A DNA stretch of 64,000 bases, taken from NCBI GenBank assembly GCA_964609075.1, contig CAZSQP010000001.1, positions 97,593 to 161,592 of the forward strand. The letters run 5' to 3'. The notes below the pieces were generated by a model. The model saw only the letters and a list, made by a program, of their open reading frames with translations, was not told where the DNA came from and did not search any database. The stretch is from an uncultured Candidatus Saccharibacteria bacterium (GTDB taxonomy: Bacteria; Patescibacteriota; Minisyncoccia; Minisyncoccales; GWA2-38-27). Position 1 is the stretch's first letter. Each line of letters begins with the position of its first letter. This document shows, piece after piece, positions 25,182-37,116 of this stretch. The translations under genes were made by a program, and so were the position numbers.

Positions 25182-26885
25182 TTATTTTAAAGCTTTTAAA
25201 AACTTATCTAAAGAATAAGTGTTTATAATGTCTTTTTTCTCAGCCCATCCTCTTCTTGCCTGTCCTATACCGTATTCTATAAATCTCATTTGGTCTATGT
25301 GGTGAGCGTCTGTATTTATTATCATCTTTACTCCTGCTTCTTTGGCTTTTTTAATATATACATCTTTTAAATCCAGCCTTAAGGGAAAAGAGTTAATTTC
25401 TAAAATAGTATTGGTTCTTTTGGCAGCTTTTATAACTTCATCAATATTAACATTATACTCGTCTCTCTTTTGGATTAATCTTCCCGTAGGATGGGAAATA
25501 ATATCCACGTGAGGATTTTCCATAGCTTTAATTATCCTTTCTGTCATATTTTCCATCTTAAGATTAGAGTGGATTCCGGCTATAACAAAGTCGAGCTTAG
25601 CTAAAGAAGAGTCTTCAATATCAATAGAACCGTCGTTTAAAATATTGGCCTCACATCCTTTCAGTATCTTAATCTTGCTTTTTTTATTTAATTTGTCTAT
25701 CTTCTTATTTCTCTTTTCTAACTGCTTTTCATCCAAACCGTTTTCTATTTTTAAAAACTTGGTATGATCTGCTATTCCTACATATTCATATCCCATCTCT
25801 TCAGCTTTGTCTGCTATTTCTTTTATGGAGCTTTCTCCTCCATCCCAGTTAGAATGACAGTGAAGATCTCCCTTAATATCTTTATAGCCTATAACTCTTG
25901 GAAGCTTTCCTGAAAGAGCAGCTTCTAACTCTCCTTCTCCTCTTCTTATCTCGGGCTCAAAGAAAGGAAGATCTATAGCTTTATACACTTCTTCTTCTGT
26001 AGTACCTGCTATTTGCTTAGATCCTTTAAAAACTCCGTATTCGTTCAGCTTCAAACCTTTTTCCATAGCAATCTTTCTTGTTTGAATATTATGGTCTTTA
26101 TTTCCTGTAAAGTACTGAAGAGCTGAACCATAGCTTTTCTTAGAAACTATTCTCAAGTCAATATCCATACCCTCCTCAGTTCTTATAGAAGATCGAGTGT
26201 TTCCTTTTCCCCAGACTTTTAATACGCCTTCCATAGAAGTAAAAAAGTCCATCACTTTTTTAGGTTTTTTAGAAGATACAAGAATATCAACATCTCCCAC
26301 AGTCTCTTTCATTCTCCTTACAGAACCTGCCACATTTACTTTTTTAACCTCTTTTAAACCTGCTAGCTTTTTTAGGATATCTTTTACCACAGGCATAATA
26401 TCCCCTAAAAGAAATCTCCCCTTGCTTTTTTTAACAAACTCTATTCCTTCTAATATATTCTTTTCTGTTTTCTCTCCAAAACCTTCCAAGCCTCTTATCT
26501 TTCCTGACTTAGCTGCTTTCTCCAAACTTTTTAAATCATTAATTCCAAGTTCACGGTAAAGAGTCTTAGCTTTCCTTGGCCCCATTCCCTCAACTGAAGT
26601 AAGCTCTTTTAAATTTAAAGGAAGCTTCTTTTTAAAATCTTCGTAATACTTAATCTTTCCTGTCTTTATATATTCTTCTATCTTCTCAGCTATGCTTTTC
26701 CCTATCCCCGAAATCTCTTCTAAAGCTTTTAATCCTCCCTCATTGTAAATATCTTTCACGTTTTCATCCAATCCTTCTATCGTAAGAGCTGCTTTCTGAT
26801 AAGCTTGGGGTTTAAATTCAACATCCTCCATTTTCAGATATTTGGAGATATTATAGAAAATTTCTGCCAGCTCTTTATTTATCAT
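25182..26885 (-). CDS. polX: Family X DNA polymerase with C-terminal PHP domain
   Basis: HhH motifs (GIGKSIAEKI, GMGPRKAKTL), the pol-beta nucleotidyltransferase core GSVRRMKETVGDVDIL and the PHP motif GDLHCHSNWDGG...NTDAH. Confidence 0.85.
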   Translation of the reverse strand: MINKELAEIFYNISKYLKMEDVEFKPQAYQKAALTIEGLDENVKDIYNEGGLKALEEISGIGKSIAEKIEEYIKTGKIKYYEDFKKKLPLNLKELTSVEGMGPRKAKTLYRELGINDLKSLEKAAKSGKIRGLEGFGEKTEKNILEGIEFVKKSKGRFLLGDIMPVVKDILKKLAGLKEVKKVNVAGSVRRMKETVGDVDILVSSKKPKKVMDFFTSMEGVLKVWGKGNTRSSIRTEEGMDIDLRIVSKKSYGSALQYFTGNKDHNIQTRKIAMEKGLKLNEYGVFKGSKQIAGTTEEEVYKAIDLPFFEPEIRRGEGELEAALSGKLPRVIGYKDIKGDLHCHSNWDGGESSIKEIADKAEEMGYEYVGIADHTKFLKIENGLDEKQLEKRNKKIDKLNKKSKIKILKGCEANILNDGSIDIEDSSLAKLDFVIAGIHSNLKMENMTERIIKAMENPHVDIISHPTGRLIQKRDEYNVNIDEVIKAAKRTNTILEINSFPLRLDLKDVYIKKAKEAGVKMIINTDAHHIDQMRFIEYGIGQARRGWAEKKDIINTYSLDKFLKALK

Positions 26886-27544
26886 TTCTTATTATTAGGC
26901 CTTAAAAGAGTGAGAAGGTTAAGGCGAGAGAAAAGATTGTCCAAGCTCTTGTCCATAGGAAGAACATCCTTCCTAATAAACAAAAGCAAAAGAGTAGCAA
27001 AAAGAGTAAGAACGCCTACCAAAATAAAGATAATTTTGAATCCAAAAAGAGCTGCCACTATACCCCCTATTGCTCCTATAATTCCGGTAGCCAAACCTAG
27101 AGAAGTACTGTCCATAGCCCATTCATAAGCCTCTCTACCTTTATCTATATGACGAGTAAAGATGGCATTCCAGGAAGGAATAACCAAGGACATACCTAAA
27201 GCATGAACTATCTGAATTCCATAGATATGAAAAGGGGTTTTAGCAAATAAAAAGAGGAAGGGAGCTATTCCGTTTATAGTAAGACCTAGAATCATCATCC
27301 AATAGTCATCTTTCTCTCCATAAACTTTGTCAAAATAATTACTGGTCGGTATTTGCAAAAGAGACTTAACGCCCCAATATGTAAGAGCTGAAAATCCTGC
27401 TATCTCAGCAGCCTTAGCAGGATCTAAAGTTATATTCTCTATGATAAAGATAGCAAAGACAGGAGATAAAAGCCCCCATCCCCCAAGAAGGAAAAAATCG
27501 CTTGCTATTAAATACTTTATTACTCTGTTCATTCTTTTTGCCAT
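26882..27544 (-). CDS. MFS-like six-helix membrane protein
   Basis: 220 aa with about 6 TM segments. Weak MFS-like character only. Confidence 0.45.
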   Translation of the reverse strand: MAKRMNRVIKYLIASDFFLLGGWGLLSPVFAIFIIENITLDPAKAAEIAGFSALTYWGVKSLLQIPTSNYFDKVYGEKDDYWMMILGLTINGIAPFLFLFAKTPFHIYGIQIVHALGMSLVIPSWNAIFTRHIDKGREAYEWAMDSTSLGLATGIIGAIGGIVAALFGFKIIFILVGVLTLFATLLLLFIRKDVLPMDKSLDNLFSRLNLLTLLRPNNKK

Positions 27545-27545
27545 A

Positions 27546-27944
27546 TTACTTTACCTTAATTGTTATTTCCCGTTTGCGCGACCTATTGTCAAAATCCAAA
27601 AAAACAACCTGCTGCCAGGTCCCTAAAAGGGGCTTTCCTCCTTCCACGGGCAGAAAAAGAAAAGGATTAATTAAAGCTGATCTTATATGCGCATACCCGT
27701 TACAGTCTCCCCATTTTTTACAATGCTTATAATCTTTGTTTGCAGGAATCAGATTATCCAGAATTCTTTTTAAATCTTTAATAACCCCCTCTTCATATTC
27801 TATAGTTGTAAAACCGCAAGTAGAGCCGGGACAAGAAATCAAACAGATTCCTTCCTCAATGCCAGACCCTTTAACGGCTTCTAAAACCCTATCTGTAATG
27901 TCTATAATATCTGTAAACCCTTTTGTTTCTAAAGAAAACTTCAT
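27546..27944 (-). CDS. YjbQ/UPF0047 family protein (secondary thiamine-phosphate synthase-like)
   Basis: DITDRV...GICLISCPGSTCGFTTIEYE...GYAHIRSAL...GTWQQVVFLDFD pattern of UPF0047. Confidence 0.8.
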   Translation of the reverse strand: MKFSLETKGFTDIIDITDRVLEAVKGSGIEEGICLISCPGSTCGFTTIEYEEGVIKDLKRILDNLIPANKDYKHCKKWGDCNGYAHIRSALINPFLFLPVEGGKPLLGTWQQVVFLDFDNRSRKREITIKVK

Positions 27945-27950
27945 ATTACA

Positions 27951-28934
27951 TTATACAATACTGCTAATTTTCTTAAAGACAAAACCCATACCTATCTTTA
28001 ACAAGAACACAATTCCTATCAAAGCCATTACCATCTCCGCTCCTCTCATAACAAAGCTGAAGCTGATACCCACAGCGCTTCCTAATCCTAAAGCTTTAAA
28101 AGCTACAAACTGAGAAGCTTCTAAAATTCCAAGATTAGCAGGAAGAGGAAGAAGATAAGAGAGATAAATGAAGAACATAATAGCTAAAGCTATAAAAAGA
28201 TTAAATCCTATACTAGCTAAAAATACTAAAACCAGCCAAATGCGGGCGAAAATCAAAAGATACTTTAAAAAAGTGATTCCCAAACCCTGCCAGATAAAAG
28301 GTTTTTTAAGATCATAGAAATAGAAAACGTCTTTTTCTATCTTTTCTGTTTTTTCTTTTACAGAGAAAAACCTCAATATCCTGTCAAAAAAGCTCTTTCT
28401 TTTAATGGTCTTATAGTAAAAGTAAACAAGAATTAAACTTAATATCCCTATAAAGAAAGAGGCTAGAAACCTGTAATTCTCAAAAGAATAATCTGTTAAA
28501 AAAGGAAAGGCAACGGCTCCGGGAATTAAAAATAGGATCATTATACTCCACCTTTGAAGCCTTTCAATTAAACTTACAGCTAAAGTTTTCTCCCATTCTA
28601 TAGAAAACTTTTTTCTCAAGGAATATATTTTAAAACCCTCTGCTCCGAAAATAGCTGCTGGACTAAGAAGATAAAATAAGGAGAAACTGCTTAATAAAAT
28701 TTGACCTAGCTTTAAAAAGGGGAGATTATATCCTTGCACTTTAAATACAAATTTCCATCTCCAAGTCTCTATCAGCCAGATTAAAAAACTCAAGCCAACT
28801 ATAGCCAAACCTTGCCAGCCAGAAAAAGCAAGAAGAATATCTCTTATCTCTTTCCAACCTACATACTTTGTGACTAAAAACAAAAGAGAAAAACCTATTA
28901 AAGCTGACAGCACAAAAAGGGAAACTTTCTTCAT
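27951..28934 (-). CDS. Flippase-like / lysylphosphatidylglycerol-synthase-TM-region family membrane protein
   Basis: 327 aa with about 8 TM segments. UPF0104-like organisation; assignment is by recollection only. Confidence 0.5.
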   Translation of the reverse strand: MKKVSLFVLSALIGFSLLFLVTKYVGWKEIRDILLAFSGWQGLAIVGLSFLIWLIETWRWKFVFKVQGYNLPFLKLGQILLSSFSLFYLLSPAAIFGAEGFKIYSLRKKFSIEWEKTLAVSLIERLQRWSIMILFLIPGAVAFPFLTDYSFENYRFLASFFIGILSLILVYFYYKTIKRKSFFDRILRFFSVKEKTEKIEKDVFYFYDLKKPFIWQGLGITFLKYLLIFARIWLVLVFLASIGFNLFIALAIMFFIYLSYLLPLPANLGILEASQFVAFKALGLGSAVGISFSFVMRGAEMVMALIGIVFLLKIGMGFVFKKISSIV

Positions 28935-28974
28935 ATTTTCTTATTATACACTAAAAATAAAGAATCCTTAAAGG

Positions 28975-29002
28975 TTGACATTAGAAAGAAAAAATATAAA
29001 AT
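28975..29002 (+). promoter_or_regulatory. Putative promoter of the 29042 gene
   Basis: TTGACA (28975-28980), 16 nt spacer, TAAAAT (28997-29002). Confidence 0.5.
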
Positions 29003-29041
29003 AAGAGCACACTGTTCCTTAAAAATCGAAAGGGAAAGAAA

Positions 29042-30202
29042 ATGGATGGCATAATCGCTCTTTACCGTGGCTGGCATGCTTTGGAAGAAACAGAGGGGAT
29101 CGAGATAATAGACTTTGACCTCGTTCCCCATATTAAGGACCAAAAGGATTTTACCTCCAGAAGAGAAGTTCTTTCTTATTTAATAAAGCTGAGAAACAAC
29201 TTTCCTGTAGAAGCCGAAAGTGAAGATAAGCAGTTTTTAAAGGCAAAAGTTCAAGCTTCTATCTGGTACCTGAAAGCTCTAATGGGAGAAGAAATCCCCT
29301 TCTCTCTTTACATAGCCAACACTCTTGGCTTAAGGCCTTGTTTTATCTCAGAAGAAATAATCAGGAGACAAAAAGAAAGAGTTCAGGCTCTTCTTTCTGA
29401 ATTCGGAGTTCCTGATAAGAGAACAGCGAAACAGCTCTCAGAAGATCTCAGACTAACAAGGGAAAAAGCAGAAGAGGAAACTAAAAGAGCTCAAGAGCTT
29501 TATCTGCCCAGAGTATTTGCTCTACTTGATAAAGAAGAAACTTCTCTCCCTTACCAGCTTAGCTCCGTAGAGGAGAAAGCTTACTGGCAGGCCTGGACTG
29601 GTACAGATCCCGAAGGAGGGCTTAAACTGACTTTTAATTTCCATCCTTGCCAAACCTGGCACAAGGGAGATCCTGAGTTTCTCGTTCTCCATGAAATAGG
29701 AGGACACTTCTTACAAATGACAATGGTAAAAGAAGCCATTAAGCAAAGAATAGTAAATCCTGCCCTGGGACTTACCACAGTACACGATCCTCATAGCTTT
29801 GTCTCGGAGGGAATAGCTGACACTCTCTCCTTGTTCTTAAATATCCCGCTCTCCCGTTTCGGATTGCTGGCTAGAGAGCACAGAAAACTCAGAAATTACC
29901 TCTGCAACAACGCTCATATTTGGGTAAATGAAGGAGAAGATCCTGAAGAACTGGTTCCCTACCTTCTTCAACACCCATTCTTGAAAGAAGAAAAAGTAAG
30001 ATTAAATTTGAGAAACTGGGTTCAAGACCCCCTTTTAAGGGTTTACCAGTACAGTTACGGCATAACAGATTACTTTCATACCTTGTGGGCATCATTATTA
30101 AATCCACAACAAAGAAGAGCATACGCAAGATATGCTCTTTCGAGAATGGCTACCTTCTCTCAGGCCGGAGCCTTTCTCAATAGACTCATAATGAGTGGCT
30201 GA
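29042..30202 (+). CDS. Hypothetical protein, possibly DUF885-like metallopeptidase
   Basis: The LHEIGGHFLQM segment resembles the HE..PGHHLQ motif of DUF885. It appears GC-richer than its neighbours. Weak call. Confidence 0.4.
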   Translation: MDGIIALYRGWHALEETEGIEIIDFDLVPHIKDQKDFTSRREVLSYLIKLRNNFPVEAESEDKQFLKAKVQASIWYLKALMGEEIPFSLYIANTLGLRPCFISEEIIRRQKERVQALLSEFGVPDKRTAKQLSEDLRLTREKAEEETKRAQELYLPRVFALLDKEETSLPYQLSSVEEKAYWQAWTGTDPEGGLKLTFNFHPCQTWHKGDPEFLVLHEIGGHFLQMTMVKEAIKQRIVNPALGLTTVHDPHSFVSEGIADTLSLFLNIPLSRFGLLAREHRKLRNYLCNNAHIWVNEGEDPEELVPYLLQHPFLKEEKVRLNLRNWVQDPLLRVYQYSYGITDYFHTLWASLLNPQQRRAYARYALSRMATFSQAGAFLNRLIMSG

Positions 30203-30218
30203 AAAGCCACTCTTTTTT
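30193..30218 (+). terminator. Intrinsic terminator
   Basis: gagtggct-gaaa-agccactc followed by T6. The stem includes the stop codon. Confidence 0.8.
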
Positions 30219-31575
30219 ACAATTCGGGATAATTATCTTTTAATCGAGAAGAAAACTTTTTAAAAACCTGACAGGAACTATAATCTTCAACAAACTTTTC
30301 GGCTTCTTTATAGCTTCCTAAAGCCATGTGGTAGTCAAGCTCAGAACATAGTTCCTGAATACAGATCATTAATCTGGCAAAATCAGGGAAAGAAATACCA
30401 TTTTCTTCTTTTATGCCTCCTTCCCTTAAATAGAAGTTTTGAGCTATAGCAGCTCCTTTGGCGTAAGCTGAAACATTTGGATTTTTAAGAGAATCTATCC
30501 ACCAAGTAAAATTACGGGCTATATGCATAACTAGAATAGACTCTAACTCTTTCTGAGCTAAAGCTCCTTTTAAAAGAAGAGTAGCAGAAGCTTTGATGCC
30601 GAGAACATAAGCGAAAAGCTCGTCAAAGACAGGAAAAAGCTCTTTTAACCTTTTCTCTGCATCTTTATACCTTATTAAACTATGAGATATCTCATGGAGA
30701 AGAATACATCTTAAAGACCCTTCATAAAGTTCTTCTTTAGAGTATTTCTCTTGGAAACCTTTTTCAAATATCTTTTGATATATAGGATAATGATCTCCTT
30801 CAAATTTCAAATCTAAGGGAGTGGTAAAAACTGTTATCTTGGAACCATACTTTTTCATAAGATTAACATCATTCGGAAGATTGGTTCCTGTGGGCATAGA
30901 ATCGGCCTTCTGGCCGGAATAAACAACTGCTTTATCTATCCTTATACTTAATTTATCTATATCAACTTTGGCAGCCCCAGGGAGAATCTTCCTTTGGCCT
31001 GTTAATATCATTTTCTTGAATCTTTCAGCTTCCTTGGTTCTTTTCTCGTCCATTACCCCTACCCAGGCCTGATAAGCGCATTTTCTAAAAAAGAGCCTAT
31101 CTAAATACCTTTCAATAGGCCCTATCATAATACTGATTTTATAGGGTTTGGTTTTAAGCCAGACGACTTCACTCTTTTTGTAATCCCCGTCTATCAAAGA
31201 TTTAGCTCTAGCTTTAAGATATTTAGAAAACCCCTTATCCTCTGATATTTCAGCAGCTTCTCTTAAGAGGTCAGATACTTCTTCTAACTCTTTTTTAAAC
31301 TCTTGGTGAAAAAAAACAGCCTTTAGCTTCCCTGATTCATCTCTTCTCACAAAGGTATAGGGATCTAAAATATTAGGGTTTTTTTCCGCTGCTTTTTCTA
31401 TTTCTTCTTTACTAGCATCTTGGGAATAAAAATTAGCTCCTAAGTTATTGTTGTTTTTCTGTTTTAAATAAAGAGGAGCTATCTTTTCTGCAGCTTCCAC
31501 CAATTTCTTAACCAATTCCTTTTCTTTTGGAGAAAGATCTTCAAGATTAACATCAAACTTTTTTACAGCTTCCAT
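30217..31575 (-). CDS. Putative HExxH zinc metallopeptidase
   Basis: ILLHEISHSL (HExxH). 452 aa. Family uncertain (M49/DPP-III-like by recollection). Confidence 0.45.
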   Translation of the reverse strand: MEAVKKFDVNLEDLSPKEKELVKKLVEAAEKIAPLYLKQKNNNNLGANFYSQDASKEEIEKAAEKNPNILDPYTFVRRDESGKLKAVFFHQEFKKELEEVSDLLREAAEISEDKGFSKYLKARAKSLIDGDYKKSEVVWLKTKPYKISIMIGPIERYLDRLFFRKCAYQAWVGVMDEKRTKEAERFKKMILTGQRKILPGAAKVDIDKLSIRIDKAVVYSGQKADSMPTGTNLPNDVNLMKKYGSKITVFTTPLDLKFEGDHYPIYQKIFEKGFQEKYSKEELYEGSLRCILLHEISHSLIRYKDAEKRLKELFPVFDELFAYVLGIKASATLLLKGALAQKELESILVMHIARNFTWWIDSLKNPNVSAYAKGAAIAQNFYLREGGIKEENGISFPDFARLMICIQELCSELDYHMALGSYKEAEKFVEDYSSCQVFKKFSSRLKDNYPEL

Positions 31576-31586
31576 ATATTTAAATA

Positions 31587-32057
31587 TTATTTGTATTTAA
31601 TCTTCTTTATCTTACAGGTGTGATTAACTAACTGAGTTTTAACCACAGTTTTATCCCCTTTCTTTTTTCCCATTAAAGCCTTACCAATGGGAGATTCATT
31701 AGATATTTTGTTCTGGATAGGATCTGCCTCCATGGTTCCTACAATTTTAAATTCGTCAATTTCTCCGTCAAGCTCGACAGAAACTGTAGCTCCCAAATTA
31801 ACTTTGTCCCTTTCTTTTCTGGGAGGAGCTTTGATCAGTTCTGCATTTTTTACCACCTCCTCAAGCTCTTCTATTTTTCTGTCTAAAAGATCCAAGTCCT
31901 CCTGAAGAGAAAGGTATTCAGGATTCAAGTCTTCCGACTCTAAAACAGGAGGAGCTTCTCCTTTTGTCTTAGCTGACTTAATGCCCTTAAGATCTTGATA
32001 TCTTTTTTTTATCTTTTCTAGTCCTTCTTTAGTTAGGTAATAATTTTTATTCCCCAT
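31587..32057 (-). CDS. greA: Transcription elongation factor GreA
   Basis: LTKEGLEKIKKRYQDL coiled-coil N-terminus with acidic tip, and C-terminal ISNESPIGKALMGKKKGD. Confidence 0.9.
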   Translation of the reverse strand: MGNKNYYLTKEGLEKIKKRYQDLKGIKSAKTKGEAPPVLESEDLNPEYLSLQEDLDLLDRKIEELEEVVKNAELIKAPPRKERDKVNLGATVSVELDGEIDEFKIVGTMEADPIQNKISNESPIGKALMGKKKGDKTVVKTQLVNHTCKIKKIKYK

Positions 32058-32269
32058 GGTTTTTAAAACCCCTCCTTTTGAGAGGGGCAGTTGCTTAAAG
32101 ATATAAGTAAACTATCCCCTCATCTTTTAATTTTTACGACAATAAATTCACCGCAGAAAGAAATCCATGCAGGTGAATAATTGAGAATATAATTTTTTGT
32201 AATACCCTTTTCTAACATAATATATCCCACAATTTTATTCTACTCTTTTGTGAAACAGCTTGTCAAGCT

Positions 32270-34191
<1,922 letters not shown>

Positions 34192-34204
34192 AATATATTT
34201 TTAT

Positions 34205-34265
34205 TTATCACTTACAACCTTTGTTTGCTAATTATCCATTTTAAGAAAGATTTTAAAAATGTCAA
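34205..34265 (-). promoter_or_regulatory. groES promoter with a degenerate CIRCE-like element
   Basis: On the - strand: TTGACA (34260-34265), 16 nt spacer, TAAAAT (34238-34243). This is followed by TTAGCAAAC-N9-AAGTGATAA (34205-34231), which matches 14/18 of the TTAGCACTC-N9-GAGTGCTAA consensus. Confidence 0.45.
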
Positions 34266-37033
34266 GACTTATTCAAATACTTCCCTGTATAGCTCTTTTT
34301 AACTTTTTTAATATCTTGAGGCATTCCTTCAGCTATTAACTCTCCTCCTTTTTCTCCGCCCTCAGGCCCTAAATCTATTATCCAGTCAGCTGTTTTAACA
34401 AGATCTAGATTGTGTTCAATTGTGAGAACAGTATTTCCCTTATCAACTAATCTTTTCAAAACTTTAATAAGCTTTTTAATGTCGTCAAAATGAAGTCCCG
34501 TAGTAGGCTCGTCTAGAATATACAAGGTCTTCCCTGTTCCTTTTTTGGAAAGCTCTGTGGCCAGCTTTACTCTCTGAGCTTCTCCTCCAGATAAGGAGGG
34601 AGCAGGCTGTCCCAGTTCTATATATGATAAACCTACATCATTCAAGGTCTTTAATTTATGGTAAAGAGGAGGTATGTTTTTGAAAAACTTCATGGCCTCT
34701 TCTACTGTCATCTCTAAAACCTCTGAGATGTTTTTTCCTTTATATTCTATCTCCAGAGCTTCCTTATTATACCTTTTACCCTTACATTCTTTACATTGAA
34801 CATAAACATCGGGAAGAAAATACATCTCTACTTTAATCTGACCCTGTCCTTCACAGGCTTCACACCTTCCTCCTTTGACATTAAAGCTAAACCTTCCCTG
34901 TTTATATCCTCTTATCTTAGCCTCTTTTGTCTCAGCAAAAAGTTTCCTGATGTAAGCAAAAGCTCCTGTATAGGTAGCAGGATTTGATCTTGGAGTTCTT
35001 CCTATGGGAGATTGATCTACTAAGACTGCTTTATTTATCTTTTCTAGCCCTTCGATCTCCTTGTATTCCCCAGGCTCTTCTTTTGAACCGTAAAACTTTT
35101 TCAAAAGAGCTTTAGCTAAAATATCGCTTACTAAAGAACTCTTACCAGAACCTGATACTCCTGTAACACAGACAAAGTTCTCAAGAGGAATTTTAACATC
35201 TATATTTTTTAAATTATGTTCTTTAGCTCCCTTTATTTCCAGATAATCCTTTCTTTTTCTATTTTTCTTTTCCGTTTCTATTTTCTTTTTTCCTGAAAGA
35301 TATTCTCCTGTGAGAGTATTAGATTTTAAAAGCTGTTTTGGAGTCCCTTCGAATATAACTTTTCCTCCATGCTTCCCTGCCCCAGGCCCTATGTCAATAA
35401 CTCTGTCTGAAGAAAGAATAGTTTGACTGTCATGCTCTGTAACTATAACGCTGTTTCCTAAATCTCTTAAGTTCTTTAAAGTTTTAATCAATCTATCCTG
35501 ATCTCTAAAATGAAGACCTATTGAGGGTTCATCTAGAATATACAAAACTCCTGTAAGCTTAGACCCTATTTGAGTAGCCAGTCTTATCCTCTGCTCTTCT
35601 CCTCCAGCTAAAGTAGCAGCTTTTCTGTCTAAGGTAAGGTAGTCCAAACCGACATCTAATAGAAATTGCATCCTGTTTAAAATCTCCTTTATTATGGGCT
35701 CTATTACTTTTGTTTGATAAGTTTTCTTTTTAGATAAATCCTTAAAAAACTTCTCTGCCTTGTCTATCTGAAGCTCTACTATCTCGTCTATTGATTTCCC
35801 TCCAACAGTGACAGCCAAAACCTCTGGTTTTAATCTTTTTCCCTGACATTTTGGGCATTGCTTTACTATCATATACTGCTCTATTTCCTTTCTTGTCCAG
35901 TCAGAATCGGTTTCATGATATCTTCTTTTTAAATTAGGTATTACTCCTTCAAAATTCTTATCTCCATACAAGATAACATCAATTATCTTCTGAGAAAGAT
36001 TCTCGACAGGTTCGTGAAGAGAGAACTCTTTTTTATCTGCAAGATCTGAAAGCTGAGACCGAAAGTACCCTTGTCTTCCTATCTTATGAGAAGCTCTCAT
36101 CCAGGGTCTTACAGCCCCTTCAGCTAGAGTTAATCTAGGATTGGGTATAACTAATTTAGGATCCACTTCCAACTTCTCTCCCAATCCCATACATTCTGAA
36201 CAAGCCCCATAAGGACTATTAAAAGAAAAGAGTCTAGGTTCTAAAGTAGGAAGAGATACCCCGCATTTTTCGCAGGCAAAATGTTCTGAAAAAACTAAAT
36301 CTTCCTTTTTGGTAGATACCAAGACAATACCCTTTCCCATTCTTAAAGCTATCTCTAAAGAATCGGTTAACCTGGATCTTTCTAGATTTTCTTCTACAAC
36401 CAACCTATCTATTACAACTTCGATATCGTGCTTTTTATTCCTGTCCAAATCTTTAGCTAGAGCCTCTTCCATTCTGTAAATTACACCATCTATTCTCGCC
36501 CTAACAAAACCTCCTCTTTCTATTTCCTCCAAGGTACCTCTATACTCTCCTTTCTTACCTCTAACCACAGGACCTAATACAGTTATCTCTGTTCCTTTTT
36601 CAAGTTTTAAAATCTGATTAACAATCTGATCTACTGTCTGACGAGTAATAGGTTTTCCGCAAACAGGACAATGAGGCTTTCCAGCTCTGGAATACAAAAG
36701 GCGGAGATAGTCGTAAATCTCCGTAATAGTCCCCACAGTAGAGCGAGGATTATGAGTTCCTTTTTTTTGATCTATAGAAATAGCAGGGCTAATACCTTCT
36801 ATTTTATCCACCTTGGGTTTTTGCATCACTCCTAAAAACTGTCTGGCGTAAGCTGATAATGATTCTACATACCTTCTCTGTCCTTCAGCATACAAAGTAT
36901 CAAAAGCCAAAGAGGACTTTCCAGAACCTGATAGGCCTGTAATTACAACTAGCTGATCTCTGGGAATATCAAGATTAATATTCTTCAGATTATGAACCTT
37001 GGCTCCTCTTATTTTAATAGATTCGTCTTTCAT
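34262..37033 (-). CDS. uvrA: Excinuclease ABC subunit A
   Basis: Two ABC modules ([23 protein letters not shown] x2) and zinc-finger Cys clusters. The start is set at [19 protein letters not shown]; the track ORF extends 7 codons further to 37054. Confidence 0.95.
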   Translation of the reverse strand: MKDESIKIRGAKVHNLKNINLDIPRDQLVVITGLSGSGKSSLAFDTLYAEGQRRYVESLSAYARQFLGVMQKPKVDKIEGISPAISIDQKKGTHNPRSTVGTITEIYDYLRLLYSRAGKPHCPVCGKPITRQTVDQIVNQILKLEKGTEITVLGPVVRGKKGEYRGTLEEIERGGFVRARIDGVIYRMEEALAKDLDRNKKHDIEVVIDRLVVEENLERSRLTDSLEIALRMGKGIVLVSTKKEDLVFSEHFACEKCGVSLPTLEPRLFSFNSPYGACSECMGLGEKLEVDPKLVIPNPRLTLAEGAVRPWMRASHKIGRQGYFRSQLSDLADKKEFSLHEPVENLSQKIIDVILYGDKNFEGVIPNLKRRYHETDSDWTRKEIEQYMIVKQCPKCQGKRLKPEVLAVTVGGKSIDEIVELQIDKAEKFFKDLSKKKTYQTKVIEPIIKEILNRMQFLLDVGLDYLTLDRKAATLAGGEEQRIRLATQIGSKLTGVLYILDEPSIGLHFRDQDRLIKTLKNLRDLGNSVIVTEHDSQTILSSDRVIDIGPGAGKHGGKVIFEGTPKQLLKSNTLTGEYLSGKKKIETEKKNRKRKDYLEIKGAKEHNLKNIDVKIPLENFVCVTGVSGSGKSSLVSDILAKALLKKFYGSKEEPGEYKEIEGLEKINKAVLVDQSPIGRTPRSNPATYTGAFAYIRKLFAETKEAKIRGYKQGRFSFNVKGGRCEACEGQGQIKVEMYFLPDVYVQCKECKGKRYNKEALEIEYKGKNISEVLEMTVEEAMKFFKNIPPLYHKLKTLNDVGLSYIELGQPAPSLSGGEAQRVKLATELSKKGTGKTLYILDEPTTGLHFDDIKKLIKVLKRLVDKGNTVLTIEHNLDLVKTADWIIDLGPEGGEKGGELIAEGMPQDIKKVKKSYTGKYLNKS

Positions 37034-37078
37034 AAAGTAAAAGCTATTATACAAAAAAATTAAAATAATTTCAAGACC

Positions 37079-37107
37079 TTGAAAGAAAACTTTATTTTTA
37101 CTAAAAT
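37079..37107 (+). promoter_or_regulatory. Putative uvrC promoter
   Basis: TTGAAA (37079-37084), 17 nt spacer, TAAAAT (37102-37107), 9 nt before the ATG region. Confidence 0.45.
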
Positions 37108-37116
37108 ATCAAGGCT

